From Candidatus Scatomorpha stercoravium (GTDB taxonomy: Bacteria > Bacillota > Clostridia > Oscillospirales > Oscillospiraceae), in NCBI GenBank assembly GCA_018716005.1, contig DVKN01000007.1, positions 1-29,769 of the forward strand: a DNA stretch of 29,769 nucleotides. The letters are read 5' to 3'. The position numbers were made by a program, and so were the translations under genes. This document shows positions 7,065 through 14,829 of this stretch, one piece after another (the stretch's first letter is position 1; each line of letters begins with the position of its first letter). Under the pieces are notes generated by a model that had not been told where the DNA came from, did not search any database, and saw only the letters and a list, made by a program, of their open reading frames with translations.

Positions 7065-8567
7065 GTGGAGAGGACATTTATTGCTATAGACCTCAAGAGC
7101 TTCTACGCCTCGGTCGAGTGCCGGGAGAGGGGGCTGGATCCGCTGGACACGAACCTCGTCGTCGCGGACGAGAGCCGGACGGACAAGACGATTTGCCTCG
7201 CCGTGACGCCCTCGCTCAAGAGCTACGGCATAGGCGGGCGCTGCCGGCTCTTCGAGCTCAAGCAGCGCGTGCGCGAGGCGAACGCCGGCCGTCGGCACGA
7301 CGCGCCGGGGCATAAGCTGGAGGGCAAGTCGCATTTCTTCTCAGAGCTGCAAGCGAATCCGTCGCTCGCCGTGGACTTCCTCATCGCGCCGCCGCGCATG
7401 GCGCATTACATGGAGTACAGCACGCGGATATACAAGGTCTACATGAAATACGTCGCGCCCGAGGACATCATCGTCTACTCCATTGACGAGGTGTTCATGG
7501 ACGTGACGCGCTATCTCAAGACCTACGGCCTTTCGCCGCACGAGCTCGCGATGAAGATTATCCTCGACGTGCTCGCGACGACCGGCATCACGGCGACGGC
7601 GGGCATCGGCACGAACCTCTATCTCTGCAAGGTCGCGATGGACATCGTCGCGAAGCACATCCCGGCCGACGAAAACGGCGTGCGCATAGCCGAGCTCGAC
7701 GAGCGGAGCTACCGGGAAAAGCTCTGGGCGCACACGCCGCTCACGGACTTCTGGCGCGTGGGCCGCGGCTACGCGAAGAAGCTCGAGGAGAACGGCATGT
7801 TCACGATGGGCGACGTCGCGCGCCGCTCGCTGACGGACGAGGACGCGCTCTTCAAGCTCTTCGGCAAGAACGCGGAGCTGCTCATAGACCACGCCTGGGG
7901 CTATGAGCCCTGCACCGTCGAGGCCGTGAAGGCGTACAAGCCGAGCACAAACAGCCTCGGCTCAGGGCAGGTGCTGCACGAGCCGTACACGGCGGACAAG
8001 GCGCGCATAGTCCTGCGCGAGATGGCCGACGCGCTCTCAATGGACCTGTTCGCGAAAAAGCTCGTCACCGACCAGATTGTGGTCACGATAGGCTACGACA
8101 TCGAGAACATCAAGGACGCGAAGCGCCGCGCGAATTACAAGGGCGAGGTCGTCCGCGACGGCTACGGGCGGCAGATACCGAAGCACTCGCACGGGACGAT
8201 TAACCTCCCGCGCCATACGTCCTCGACGAAGCGGATAATGGACGCCGCCTCGGAGCTCTACGACCGCGTCGTGAACAGGGAGCTGCTTATACGCCGCCTC
8301 AACGTCACGGCCTGCCGCGTCATACCCGAGGCCGAAGCGCCGCGCGGGGACGCGCCCGAGCAGCTCGACCTCTTCACGGACTACGCCGCCCTCGAGGCCG
8401 AGCGCGAGCGGGAAAACGCCGCCCTCGAGCGCGAAAAGCGCAAGCAGGCGGCGCTGCTGAAGATAAAGCAGAAGTACGGCAAAAACGCCGTCCTCCGCGG
8501 CATGAACTACGAGGACGGCGCCACCATGCGGGACCGCAACGGGCAGATAGGAGGGCACAAGGCGTGA
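7065..8567 (+). CDS. Y-family error-prone DNA polymerase (ImpB/MucB/SamB, UmuC/DinB-like)
   Basis: IAIDLKSFYASVEC and YSIDEVFMD catalytic motifs; GIGTNLYLCKVA; WRVGRG HhH; C-terminal QLDLF clamp-binding-like motif and IKQKYGKNAVLRG; GTG start after AAGGAG. Confidence 0.92.
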   Translation: MERTFIAIDLKSFYASVECRERGLDPLDTNLVVADESRTDKTICLAVTPSLKSYGIGGRCRLFELKQRVREANAGRRHDAPGHKLEGKSHFFSELQANPSLAVDFLIAPPRMAHYMEYSTRIYKVYMKYVAPEDIIVYSIDEVFMDVTRYLKTYGLSPHELAMKIILDVLATTGITATAGIGTNLYLCKVAMDIVAKHIPADENGVRIAELDERSYREKLWAHTPLTDFWRVGRGYAKKLEENGMFTMGDVARRSLTDEDALFKLFGKNAELLIDHAWGYEPCTVEAVKAYKPSTNSLGSGQVLHEPYTADKARIVLREMADALSMDLFAKKLVTDQIVVTIGYDIENIKDAKRRANYKGEVVRDGYGRQIPKHSHGTINLPRHTSSTKRIMDAASELYDRVVNRELLIRRLNVTACRVIPEAEAPRGDAPEQLDLFTDYAALEAERERENAALEREKRKQAALLKIKQKYGKNAVLRGMNYEDGATMRDRNGQIGGHKA

Positions 8568-8962
8568 GTGAATACGACGACATCATTGACCTCCCGCGGC
8601 CGAAGTCTGCGCATGAGCCGATGCCGATGAGCGACCGGGCGGCGCAGTTTTCGCCCTTTGCGGCGCTGACGGGGTATGAGGACGCGATTGACGAGACGGC
8701 GCGGCTCACGGACGCGCGCGTCGAGCTCGGCGAGAGCGCCGTCGAGGAGCTCGAGCGCGCCCTCGCCGGTATTGCCGCGCGCATATCCGAGCGCCCCGAC
8801 GTGACCGTGACTTATTTCGTCCCCGACGGGCGCAAATCCGGCGGCGCGTATGTGACGCGCGCCGGCGCGCTCAAGCGCATAGACGAGCTCGAGCGCGAGA
8901 TCGTGTTCGCGGACGGGACAAGGATAGCCGTCGGGGATATAGTCTCCATAGAGGACGCCTGA
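8564..8962 (+). CDS. YolD-like protein
   Basis: YDDIIDLPRP...PM.MSDRAAQFSPFAALTGYEDAI.E pattern; GTGA overlap with polymerase stop; the usual partner downstream of these polymerases. Confidence 0.8.
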   Translation: MSEYDDIIDLPRPKSAHEPMPMSDRAAQFSPFAALTGYEDAIDETARLTDARVELGESAVEELERALAGIAARISERPDVTVTYFVPDGRKSGGAYVTRAGALKRIDELEREIVFADGTRIAVGDIVSIEDA

Positions 8963-8974
8963 ACGCAAAAGCCC

Positions 8975-9009
8975 AAAAGAGCCGCCGGAATAAACCGGCG
9001 GCTCTTTTT
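8975..9009. terminator. Bidirectional intrinsic terminator
   Basis: AAAAGAGCCGCCGG/CCGGCGGCTCTTTT stem with A- and T-tracts, between convergent genes. Confidence 0.88.
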
Positions 9010-9069
9010 CCGTCCCCGGATTTTCCGGGAACTTTTTTGTTGGGGAGCGTCTGAACTTTGGCCGGGCGG

Positions 9070-9654
9070 TCAGTCCGGTTCGGGGAGGGGGGAGGCGGGG
9101 GCGCCGGATCTGTCTATGGCGGCCTCGACGCCGGAGAATTTTATGAGGAAGCCGAAGACCTCCATAATCTGAAGTATCTCGCGGTCGCCGTGGCGGCCCT
9201 TGGAGTGGCTCACTAGGATGTAGCCCATGAGCCGCTCGACGGTCTCCGCGTTCTTCTCGTCGAGGTCGGCGTATACGGGCTGCGCCCCGAAGCCGGGCGA
9301 GCGGAAGCGGAAGTAGGGGTTCGCCATGAAATACAGGAAAAGCAGGTAGGGGAACTGGCACTCCACGTAGTGGAGGACGCCGCCCTCCGGCGTTATCTTA
9401 TAGGGCTGGTAGTCGCTTATCGCCATGAGCACGCCGCGGTGCAGCTCGTGGACGCCGGCGTTTATGGATATCCGGCCGCGCCCGCTCTTTATATAAATGA
9501 GGGTTATGCTCTCGTTGTGGCGGATGGGCGTCTCCACCGCCGCCGTGCGCAGCGCGGCCTTGATAAAGGGCTGGGAGTCGGCCTCGCTGCTGAAGAAGTA
9601 GTCCATGCTGGTCATGGGCTGGGTGAAGCCTTCAATTTTCTTTTTCTTCGCCAA
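9070..9654 (-). CDS. barB: Stand-alone AraC-type cupin/ligand-binding domain protein (barB-like by synteny)
   Basis: HNESITLIYIKSGRGRISINAGVHELHRGVLMAI cupin pattern, no HTH; TTG start overlapping end of upstream AraC gene; symbol from position relative to bai operon only. Confidence 0.55.
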   Translation of the reverse strand: MAKKKKIEGFTQPMTSMDYFFSSEADSQPFIKAALRTAAVETPIRHNESITLIYIKSGRGRISINAGVHELHRGVLMAISDYQPYKITPEGGVLHYVECQFPYLLFLYFMANPYFRFRSPGFGAQPVYADLDEKNAETVERLMGYILVSHSKGRHGDREILQIMEVFGFLIKFSGVEAAIDRSGAPASPLPEPD

Positions 9655-10879
9655 GCTGGCCCCATCCTTTCTTCATGCGGAATTCGGTCGGCGTCATGCC
9701 GTTTATGTTCTTGAAGGCCCTCGAGAAGACCTTGACGGAGTTGAAGCCGACGCTCATCGAGATGTCGAGGAGGGGGAGGTCCGTGTTCAGCAGCAGGGAC
9801 TCGGAGTGCCTCACGCGGCAGAGGGAGATGATATACCTCACGCTGAGCCCGAAGAGCTCGCGGAACTTCTCGCTCAGCAGCGTCTCGGAGATGTAGAGCT
9901 CGGCGGCTATCTGCTTCTGGGTTATGGGCTGGGCGTACTTCGTCTGGATGATGTTCAGCGCGGAGATGACGGTGCGGCTGTTCACCATGCCGTAGTAGCC
10001 GCTGCCCGCGCACATGCGCATGAGCCGGTACTCGTTCGGCGAGACGCCCTTGAGCCGCTTGAACACGCGGTAGAACGAGGCCTCTGTCGAGAAGCCGGCG
10101 TAGGAGAGCAGGTAGGAGAGGGACACGTCCTCGAAGAACATGGCCCCCGCGGCGATGTTTATGCGTATCCTGTCGAGGGACTGCTGGAAGTCGCGGCCGC
10201 TTATCCGCCGCAGCTCGTAGTTGAGCTGCGCGCTCGTGCAGCCGAATTCGGCCGCCACGCCCGCCGAGGTCAGCGGATCGCGGTAGTGCTCCGCGATGTA
10301 CAGCACGACCGTCCAGCCGAGGGGGCGCGGCTCCGGCTCCTCGCCGCGCCGCGCGCGCTTTATGCAGTCGTTGATGAAGAAGACGACTATCTGCCCGAGC
10401 GTCGCGACCTTTATCATCGAGCTGCCCTGGCTGACGGAGTCGTTCTCGGCCTCGAACTCGCTGAGCAGGCGCTGGATTATCTCCTTCTTCTCCTTGCGCA
10501 TCTGCATGACGGGCCGCGACTGCATGATGGCCCGGGACGCCAGGGGCGTCAGCGTCTGCGTGACGAGGTAGGACGAGAGTGGGTAGTCGTACGCGCACAG
10601 CGAGAAGCTGAGCGTGCTGCCGAAGGCGGGCTCTATCGTATAGGTGTGGTAGGATTGCAGCCAGCACAGGCTGCCGTCGGAGAGGGGGAACTCGACCCCG
10701 TTGATGGTTATCACGCCCTCGCCCGAGGTGACGAAGAGCACCAGGCTCTCGTCCTCGGATATGGGCGGCGTGGGCTCGGTTATGGAGAAGTGCTGCAGCT
10801 TCAGGAACTTGTCGCCGCTCACAAATACGCCGCTCACGGGCTTAACCGGTATGCTCTTGGAAACAGGCCAATTCTTCAT
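9632..10879 (-). CDS. barA: AraC/XylS-family regulator with N-terminal cupin and two AraC DNA-binding domains (barA-like)
   Basis: Cupin LVLFVTSGEGVITINGVEFPL; two AraC C-terminal signatures (AGFSTEASFYRVFKRLKGVSPNEYR and VGFNSVKVFSRAFKNINGMTPTEFR); divergent from baiB; start chosen at ATG 10879 (AGGA 8 nt upstream), 10888 also possible; symbol by synteny. Confidence 0.7.
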   Translation of the reverse strand: MKNWPVSKSIPVKPVSGVFVSGDKFLKLQHFSITEPTPPISEDESLVLFVTSGEGVITINGVEFPLSDGSLCWLQSYHTYTIEPAFGSTLSFSLCAYDYPLSSYLVTQTLTPLASRAIMQSRPVMQMRKEKKEIIQRLLSEFEAENDSVSQGSSMIKVATLGQIVVFFINDCIKRARRGEEPEPRPLGWTVVLYIAEHYRDPLTSAGVAAEFGCTSAQLNYELRRISGRDFQQSLDRIRINIAAGAMFFEDVSLSYLLSYAGFSTEASFYRVFKRLKGVSPNEYRLMRMCAGSGYYGMVNSRTVISALNIIQTKYAQPITQKQIAAELYISETLLSEKFRELFGLSVRYIISLCRVRHSESLLLNTDLPLLDISMSVGFNSVKVFSRAFKNINGMTPTEFRMKKGWGQLGEEKEN

Positions 10880-10916
10880 CTGCGCCATCCTGACTGGTAA
10901 AAAATAGGGATATTTT

Positions 10917-10942
10917 GCGGGCGTCCCGCTTTTGGACGCCCG
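10917..10942. promoter_or_regulatory. GC-rich hairpin in the barA leader
   Basis: GCGGGCGTCC/GGACGCCCGC 10-bp stem, 6-nt loop. Confidence 0.55.
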
Positions 10943-11086
10943 CTGTGTTTTACGTGCTACATGAACGTGGGAACTGTTAAAGTTCGGACAAAGAAAGGCC
11001 GCGCCTGTGCGCCATGCACACAATCCGGGCGTGAAAGCCGCCCTTAATTTGCTACTTAGCATACACAAACGGGCCTTACCGATAGT

Positions 11087-11115
11087 ATTTTACTTGTTTT
11101 GTTCCTCTCTGTCAA
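11087..11115 (-). promoter_or_regulatory. sigma70 promoter for the AraC regulator genes
   Basis: Minus strand TTGACA (11115-11110), 17 bp, TAAAAT (11092-11087). Confidence 0.8.
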
Positions 11116-11185
11116 TAAAGAATCAATGGTTTCAAGCCTCGGGATGCAAATTTTTTGCCCACTTTTCACCCCTACTTATCAAGTC

Positions 11186-11201
11186 AAATGTGTTAACATT
11201 T
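11186..11201. promoter_or_regulatory. Palindrome overlapping a candidate extended -10 of the bai promoter
   Basis: AAATGT-GTTA-ACATTT; includes TG-T-TAACAT; 67 bp upstream of baiB; no good -35. Confidence 0.4.
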
Positions 11202-11268
11202 TAGCAAAAGGGAACGAAGAAAGCATGAGTGGGACAAGCGTCCGCGCGCTTAGGGGGGTATAGAGAAT

Positions 11269-12795
11269 ATGTCCGAAGGCGTCCGCCTTAACAAATACAA
11301 TCTCGGAGAGAGCGACTTCGTAACGCCGGGGATGCAGCTGCACTATGTGGCGCAGGCGAAGCCCGACGAGCCGGCCGTCATCCACGTGAAGGACGGCGGG
11401 ACGGAGGAGCGGATAAGCTGGAGCGAGCTCGACAGGCTGACAAGCCGCATGGCTTGGATGCTTATGGACCACGGAGTTGGGCCGAAAAGTACGGTATTAT
11501 GCACGTATCCCAACGGAATTGAGCATATTGCGGCGAATTTGGCAATATGGAAGACGGGCGCGGCCTATATGCCCACCTCGCACCGCACCTCGCCCGAGGA
11601 GCTGCTCGAGCTCCAGGAGCTCCTGTCCCCGGCCGCGGCGCTCACGGACATAGACGTCGACGAGAAGGTCTTCAAGTGCGGCATGGCCGAGCTCCGCGAG
11701 GCCTGCTCCGGCTACTCCGACGAGATGCCGCCCGACGTCCTCGCGAACCCGAACATAATAAACGCCTCCGGCGGCACGACGGGGAAGCCCAAGCTCATAA
11801 AGCAGAACATCCCCTGCGGCCACTCGGACGGCTCCATCGGCTCCTGGTTCCAGGTGAGCGGCATGGCGATGGACCAGACGCAGCTGCTCGCGGGCGCGCT
11901 CTTCCACGGCGCGCCGCACATAGCCGCGATGAACGGCCTCTTCTCCGGCGGCACGCTCGTGATACCCTCGACCTTCTGCCCGGAGGGGCTCGTGGAGTGC
12001 ATAGAGAAGTATAAGGTGCAGTTCATGCAGACCGTGCCGACGCTCATGCACAGGATAATAAAGACGCCCGGCCTCAAGAAGGAGAGCTTCGCCTCCATAG
12101 AGGCGCTCTGCCACACCGGCGGGGCCTGCTCCGAATGGCTCAAGCGCGCCTGGTTCGAGATACTCGAGCCCGAGAAGATATACGAGATGTACTCTATGAC
12201 CGAGGTCATAGGCATGTGCGCCATACGCGGCGACGAATGGCTCAAGCACCCGGGCAGCGTCGGCCTCCCCAAGTACGGCAGCCGGATATCCATCCGCGGC
12301 GCCGAAGGCGAGCCGCTCGCGCCCTACGAGGTCGGCAACATCTATATGTCGCCGCCGGCCGGCTTCTTCTACACGGAGTACATAAACGAGAAGCCGCTCG
12401 GCACGATTGAGGACAGCTTCCGCAGCGTCGGAGATATGGGCTACGTCGATACCGAGGGCTACCTCTACTTCTCCGACAGGCGCAGCGACATGATAGTCAC
12501 CGGGGGCGAGAACGTCTTCGCCGCCGAGGTTGAGAACGCCCTGCTGCGCGACGCGCACGTCCTCGACGCCGTCGTCGTCGGCATACCCGACCCGGAGTGG
12601 GGCAGGAGGCTGCACGCGGTCATTGAGACGGACGGGCTCGTCACGGCGAAGGAGCTCAAGGCCTTCCTCAAGACCTTCATGCTGCCCTACAAGATACCGA
12701 AGACCTACGAATTCGTCGACCGCATCCGCCGCAAGGACAACGGCAAGGTCGCGAGGGACGAGATACTCCGAGACAGCATCGCCAAGGGCGTCTGA
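11269..12795 (+). CDS. baiB: Bile acid-CoA ligase
   Basis: ANL superfamily; matches recalled C. scindens BaiB segments (NKYNLGESDFVTPGMQL, LANPNII..SGGTTGK.K.IKQN.PCG, PEKIYEMYSMTE, YLYFSDRRSDM). Confidence 0.93.
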   Translation: MSEGVRLNKYNLGESDFVTPGMQLHYVAQAKPDEPAVIHVKDGGTEERISWSELDRLTSRMAWMLMDHGVGPKSTVLCTYPNGIEHIAANLAIWKTGAAYMPTSHRTSPEELLELQELLSPAAALTDIDVDEKVFKCGMAELREACSGYSDEMPPDVLANPNIINASGGTTGKPKLIKQNIPCGHSDGSIGSWFQVSGMAMDQTQLLAGALFHGAPHIAAMNGLFSGGTLVIPSTFCPEGLVECIEKYKVQFMQTVPTLMHRIIKTPGLKKESFASIEALCHTGGACSEWLKRAWFEILEPEKIYEMYSMTEVIGMCAIRGDEWLKHPGSVGLPKYGSRISIRGAEGEPLAPYEVGNIYMSPPAGFFYTEYINEKPLGTIEDSFRSVGDMGYVDTEGYLYFSDRRSDMIVTGGENVFAAEVENALLRDAHVLDAVVVGIPDPEWGRRLHAVIETDGLVTAKELKAFLKTFMLPYKIPKTYEFVDRIRRKDNGKVARDEILRDSIAKGV

Positions 12796-12859
12796 GCCCG
12801 GACGGCGCTTTGGTTACATGGAAGCAATTAAAACAAACCGTTCAAAGGAGAAATGAAAA

Positions 12860-14773
12860 ATGTTTGACGCACTGTTTAGCCCCATGAAGATTCGCGGCCT
12901 CGAGCTCAAGAACCGCGTTGTCCTCCCCGGCATGAACACCAAGATGGTCCGCAACAAGCACGAGATAGGCGAGGACATGATAGCCTACCACGTCGCGAAG
13001 GCCAAGGCCGGCTGCGCCCTGAACATCTTCGAGGTCGCCGCCGTCTGTCCGGAACCCCACGCCTATATGTACATGGGCCTCTACACCGACAAGGACGTCG
13101 AGGAGCTCCGCAAGCTCACCGACGCCGTCCACGCCGTCGGCGGCAAGATGGCCATCCAGCTCTGGCACGGCGGCTTCACGCCCCAGTACTTCTTCGACGA
13201 GAGCAACAAGCTCGAGACGCCCGACACCCTGAGCGTCGAGCGCCTGCAGGAGATTGAGAAGCAGTTCGGCGCCGCCGCCAAGCGCGCCGCCGACGCCGGC
13301 TTCGACGCCGTCGAGTTCCACGGCGGCCACAGCTACCTGCCCCACGAGATGCTCAGCCCCGGCACCAACCACCGCACCGACGAGTACGGCGGCAATTTCG
13401 AGAACCGCTGCCGCTTCGCCTGGAACTGCATTAAGGAAATCCGCGCGAACATCCCCGACAGCATGGCCCTCTTCATGCGCTGCGACGCCGTCGACGAGCT
13501 CATGCAGGAGAACATGACCGAGCAGGAGATAGTCGACTTCATCAACCGCTCCGCCGAGCTGGGCGTCGACGTCGTCGACCTCTCCCGCGGCAACTCCATG
13601 AGCTTCGCCACCGTCTACGAGGTCCCGCCCTACCTGCTGAAGCCCGGCTTCAACATGGACAACATCGCCAAGATAAAGGCCCAGGTCAGCATCCCCGTTA
13701 TGGGCGTCGGCCGCGTCAACACCCCCGAGCTCGCCGACAAGCTGATAGCCGAGGGCAAGGTCGACCTCGTCGGCATCGGCCGCGGCCAGATTACCGACCC
13801 CCAGTGGGTCAAGAAGGCCCAGGAGGGCCACCCCGAGCTTATCCGCAGGTGCATCGGCTGCGACCAGGGCTGCTATGACGCCGTCATCGACCCGCGCTTC
13901 AAGACCATCACCTGCACCCGCAACCCGCTCGCCTGCCTCGAGTACAAGGGCCTGCAGAAGACCGAGAGCCCGAAGAAGGTCATGATAATCGGCGGCGGCA
14001 TGGGCGGCATGATGGCGGCCGAGATACTCAAGGCCCGCGGCCACGAGCCCGCCATTTTCGAGGCCTCCGACCACCTGGGCGGCCAGTTCCTCCTCGCCGG
14101 CGTCGCTCCGCAGAAGCAGGAAATGACCGCCGCCGCCGAGTGGGAGGTCAAGGAGGTCGAGCGCATGGGCATCGAGACCCACCTCAACACCCCCGTCACC
14201 CCCGAGCTCATCGCCGAGGTCAAGCCCGACGAGGTCATAGTCGCCATCGGCTCCGACTACGTCTGCCCGGCCATCCCCGGCGCGGAGACCGCCTATCACC
14301 AGTACCAGGTCCTCACCGGCGAGGTCAAGCTCTCCGGCAACGTCTGCGTCGTCGGCTGCGGCAGCGTCGGCAGCGAGGTCGCCATGCTCCTCGCGGCCCA
14401 GGGCTGCAAGGTCACCGTTATGGAGAAGAAGGGCGTCGGCAACGACCTCACCATGCTCCGCAAGATGTTCATCAAGCCCCAGTTCAAGGGCTTCGGCATC
14501 ACCGGCATGAGCGGCACCGCCGTGCTCGGCATTGAGGACGGCAAGAAGGTACACTTCGTCGTCACCGACCGCAAGACCAAGGAGAGCACCCAGGGCAGCG
14601 CCGACTTCGACGCCGTCGTTATCTGCATGGGCATCACCGCCCGCGGCAGCGAGGACCTCCAGGCCAAGTGCGCCGAGCTGGGCGTGCCCTGCCACGTTAT
14701 CGGCGACGCCAAGCAGGCCCGCACCGCCCTCTGGGCCACCCGCGAGGCCGCCAAGGTCGCGCTGGATATGTAA
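12860..14773 (+). CDS. baiCD: 3-oxo-delta4-cholenoic acid oxidoreductase BaiCD (OYE TIM barrel + 4Fe-4S + FAD/NAD domains)
   Basis: RGLELKNRVVLPGMNTKM, PHAYMYMGLYTD, QLWHGGF.PQ.FFDE.N.LETPDTL, CIGCDQGCYDAVI match recalled BaiCD. Confidence 0.95.
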   Translation: MFDALFSPMKIRGLELKNRVVLPGMNTKMVRNKHEIGEDMIAYHVAKAKAGCALNIFEVAAVCPEPHAYMYMGLYTDKDVEELRKLTDAVHAVGGKMAIQLWHGGFTPQYFFDESNKLETPDTLSVERLQEIEKQFGAAAKRAADAGFDAVEFHGGHSYLPHEMLSPGTNHRTDEYGGNFENRCRFAWNCIKEIRANIPDSMALFMRCDAVDELMQENMTEQEIVDFINRSAELGVDVVDLSRGNSMSFATVYEVPPYLLKPGFNMDNIAKIKAQVSIPVMGVGRVNTPELADKLIAEGKVDLVGIGRGQITDPQWVKKAQEGHPELIRRCIGCDQGCYDAVIDPRFKTITCTRNPLACLEYKGLQKTESPKKVMIIGGGMGGMMAAEILKARGHEPAIFEASDHLGGQFLLAGVAPQKQEMTAAAEWEVKEVERMGIETHLNTPVTPELIAEVKPDEVIVAIGSDYVCPAIPGAETAYHQYQVLTGEVKLSGNVCVVGCGSVGSEVAMLLAAQGCKVTVMEKKGVGNDLTMLRKMFIKPQFKGFGITGMSGTAVLGIEDGKKVHFVVTDRKTKESTQGSADFDAVVICMGITARGSEDLQAKCAELGVPCHVIGDAKQARTALWATREAAKVALDM

Positions 14774-14829
14774 TCCGAGAGAGACAATAAACCCGACCGA
14801 GAGAAAAAAGATTAGGAGACAAGCTTACA

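Noticed and set aside
4158-8962. Prophage or ICE
   Set aside because: ImmR/ImmA-like pair is present, but there is no integrase, relaxase, T4SS, structural gene or att repeat in the window
9632-11068. ORF-track start at 11068 for the AraC gene (also extended starts for XRE 4512, baiE 16762, SnoaL 20871, OYE 27494)
   Set aside because: Extensions lack an RBS or overlap neighbouring genes and promoters; downstream starts have clear SD sequences and fit family N-termini
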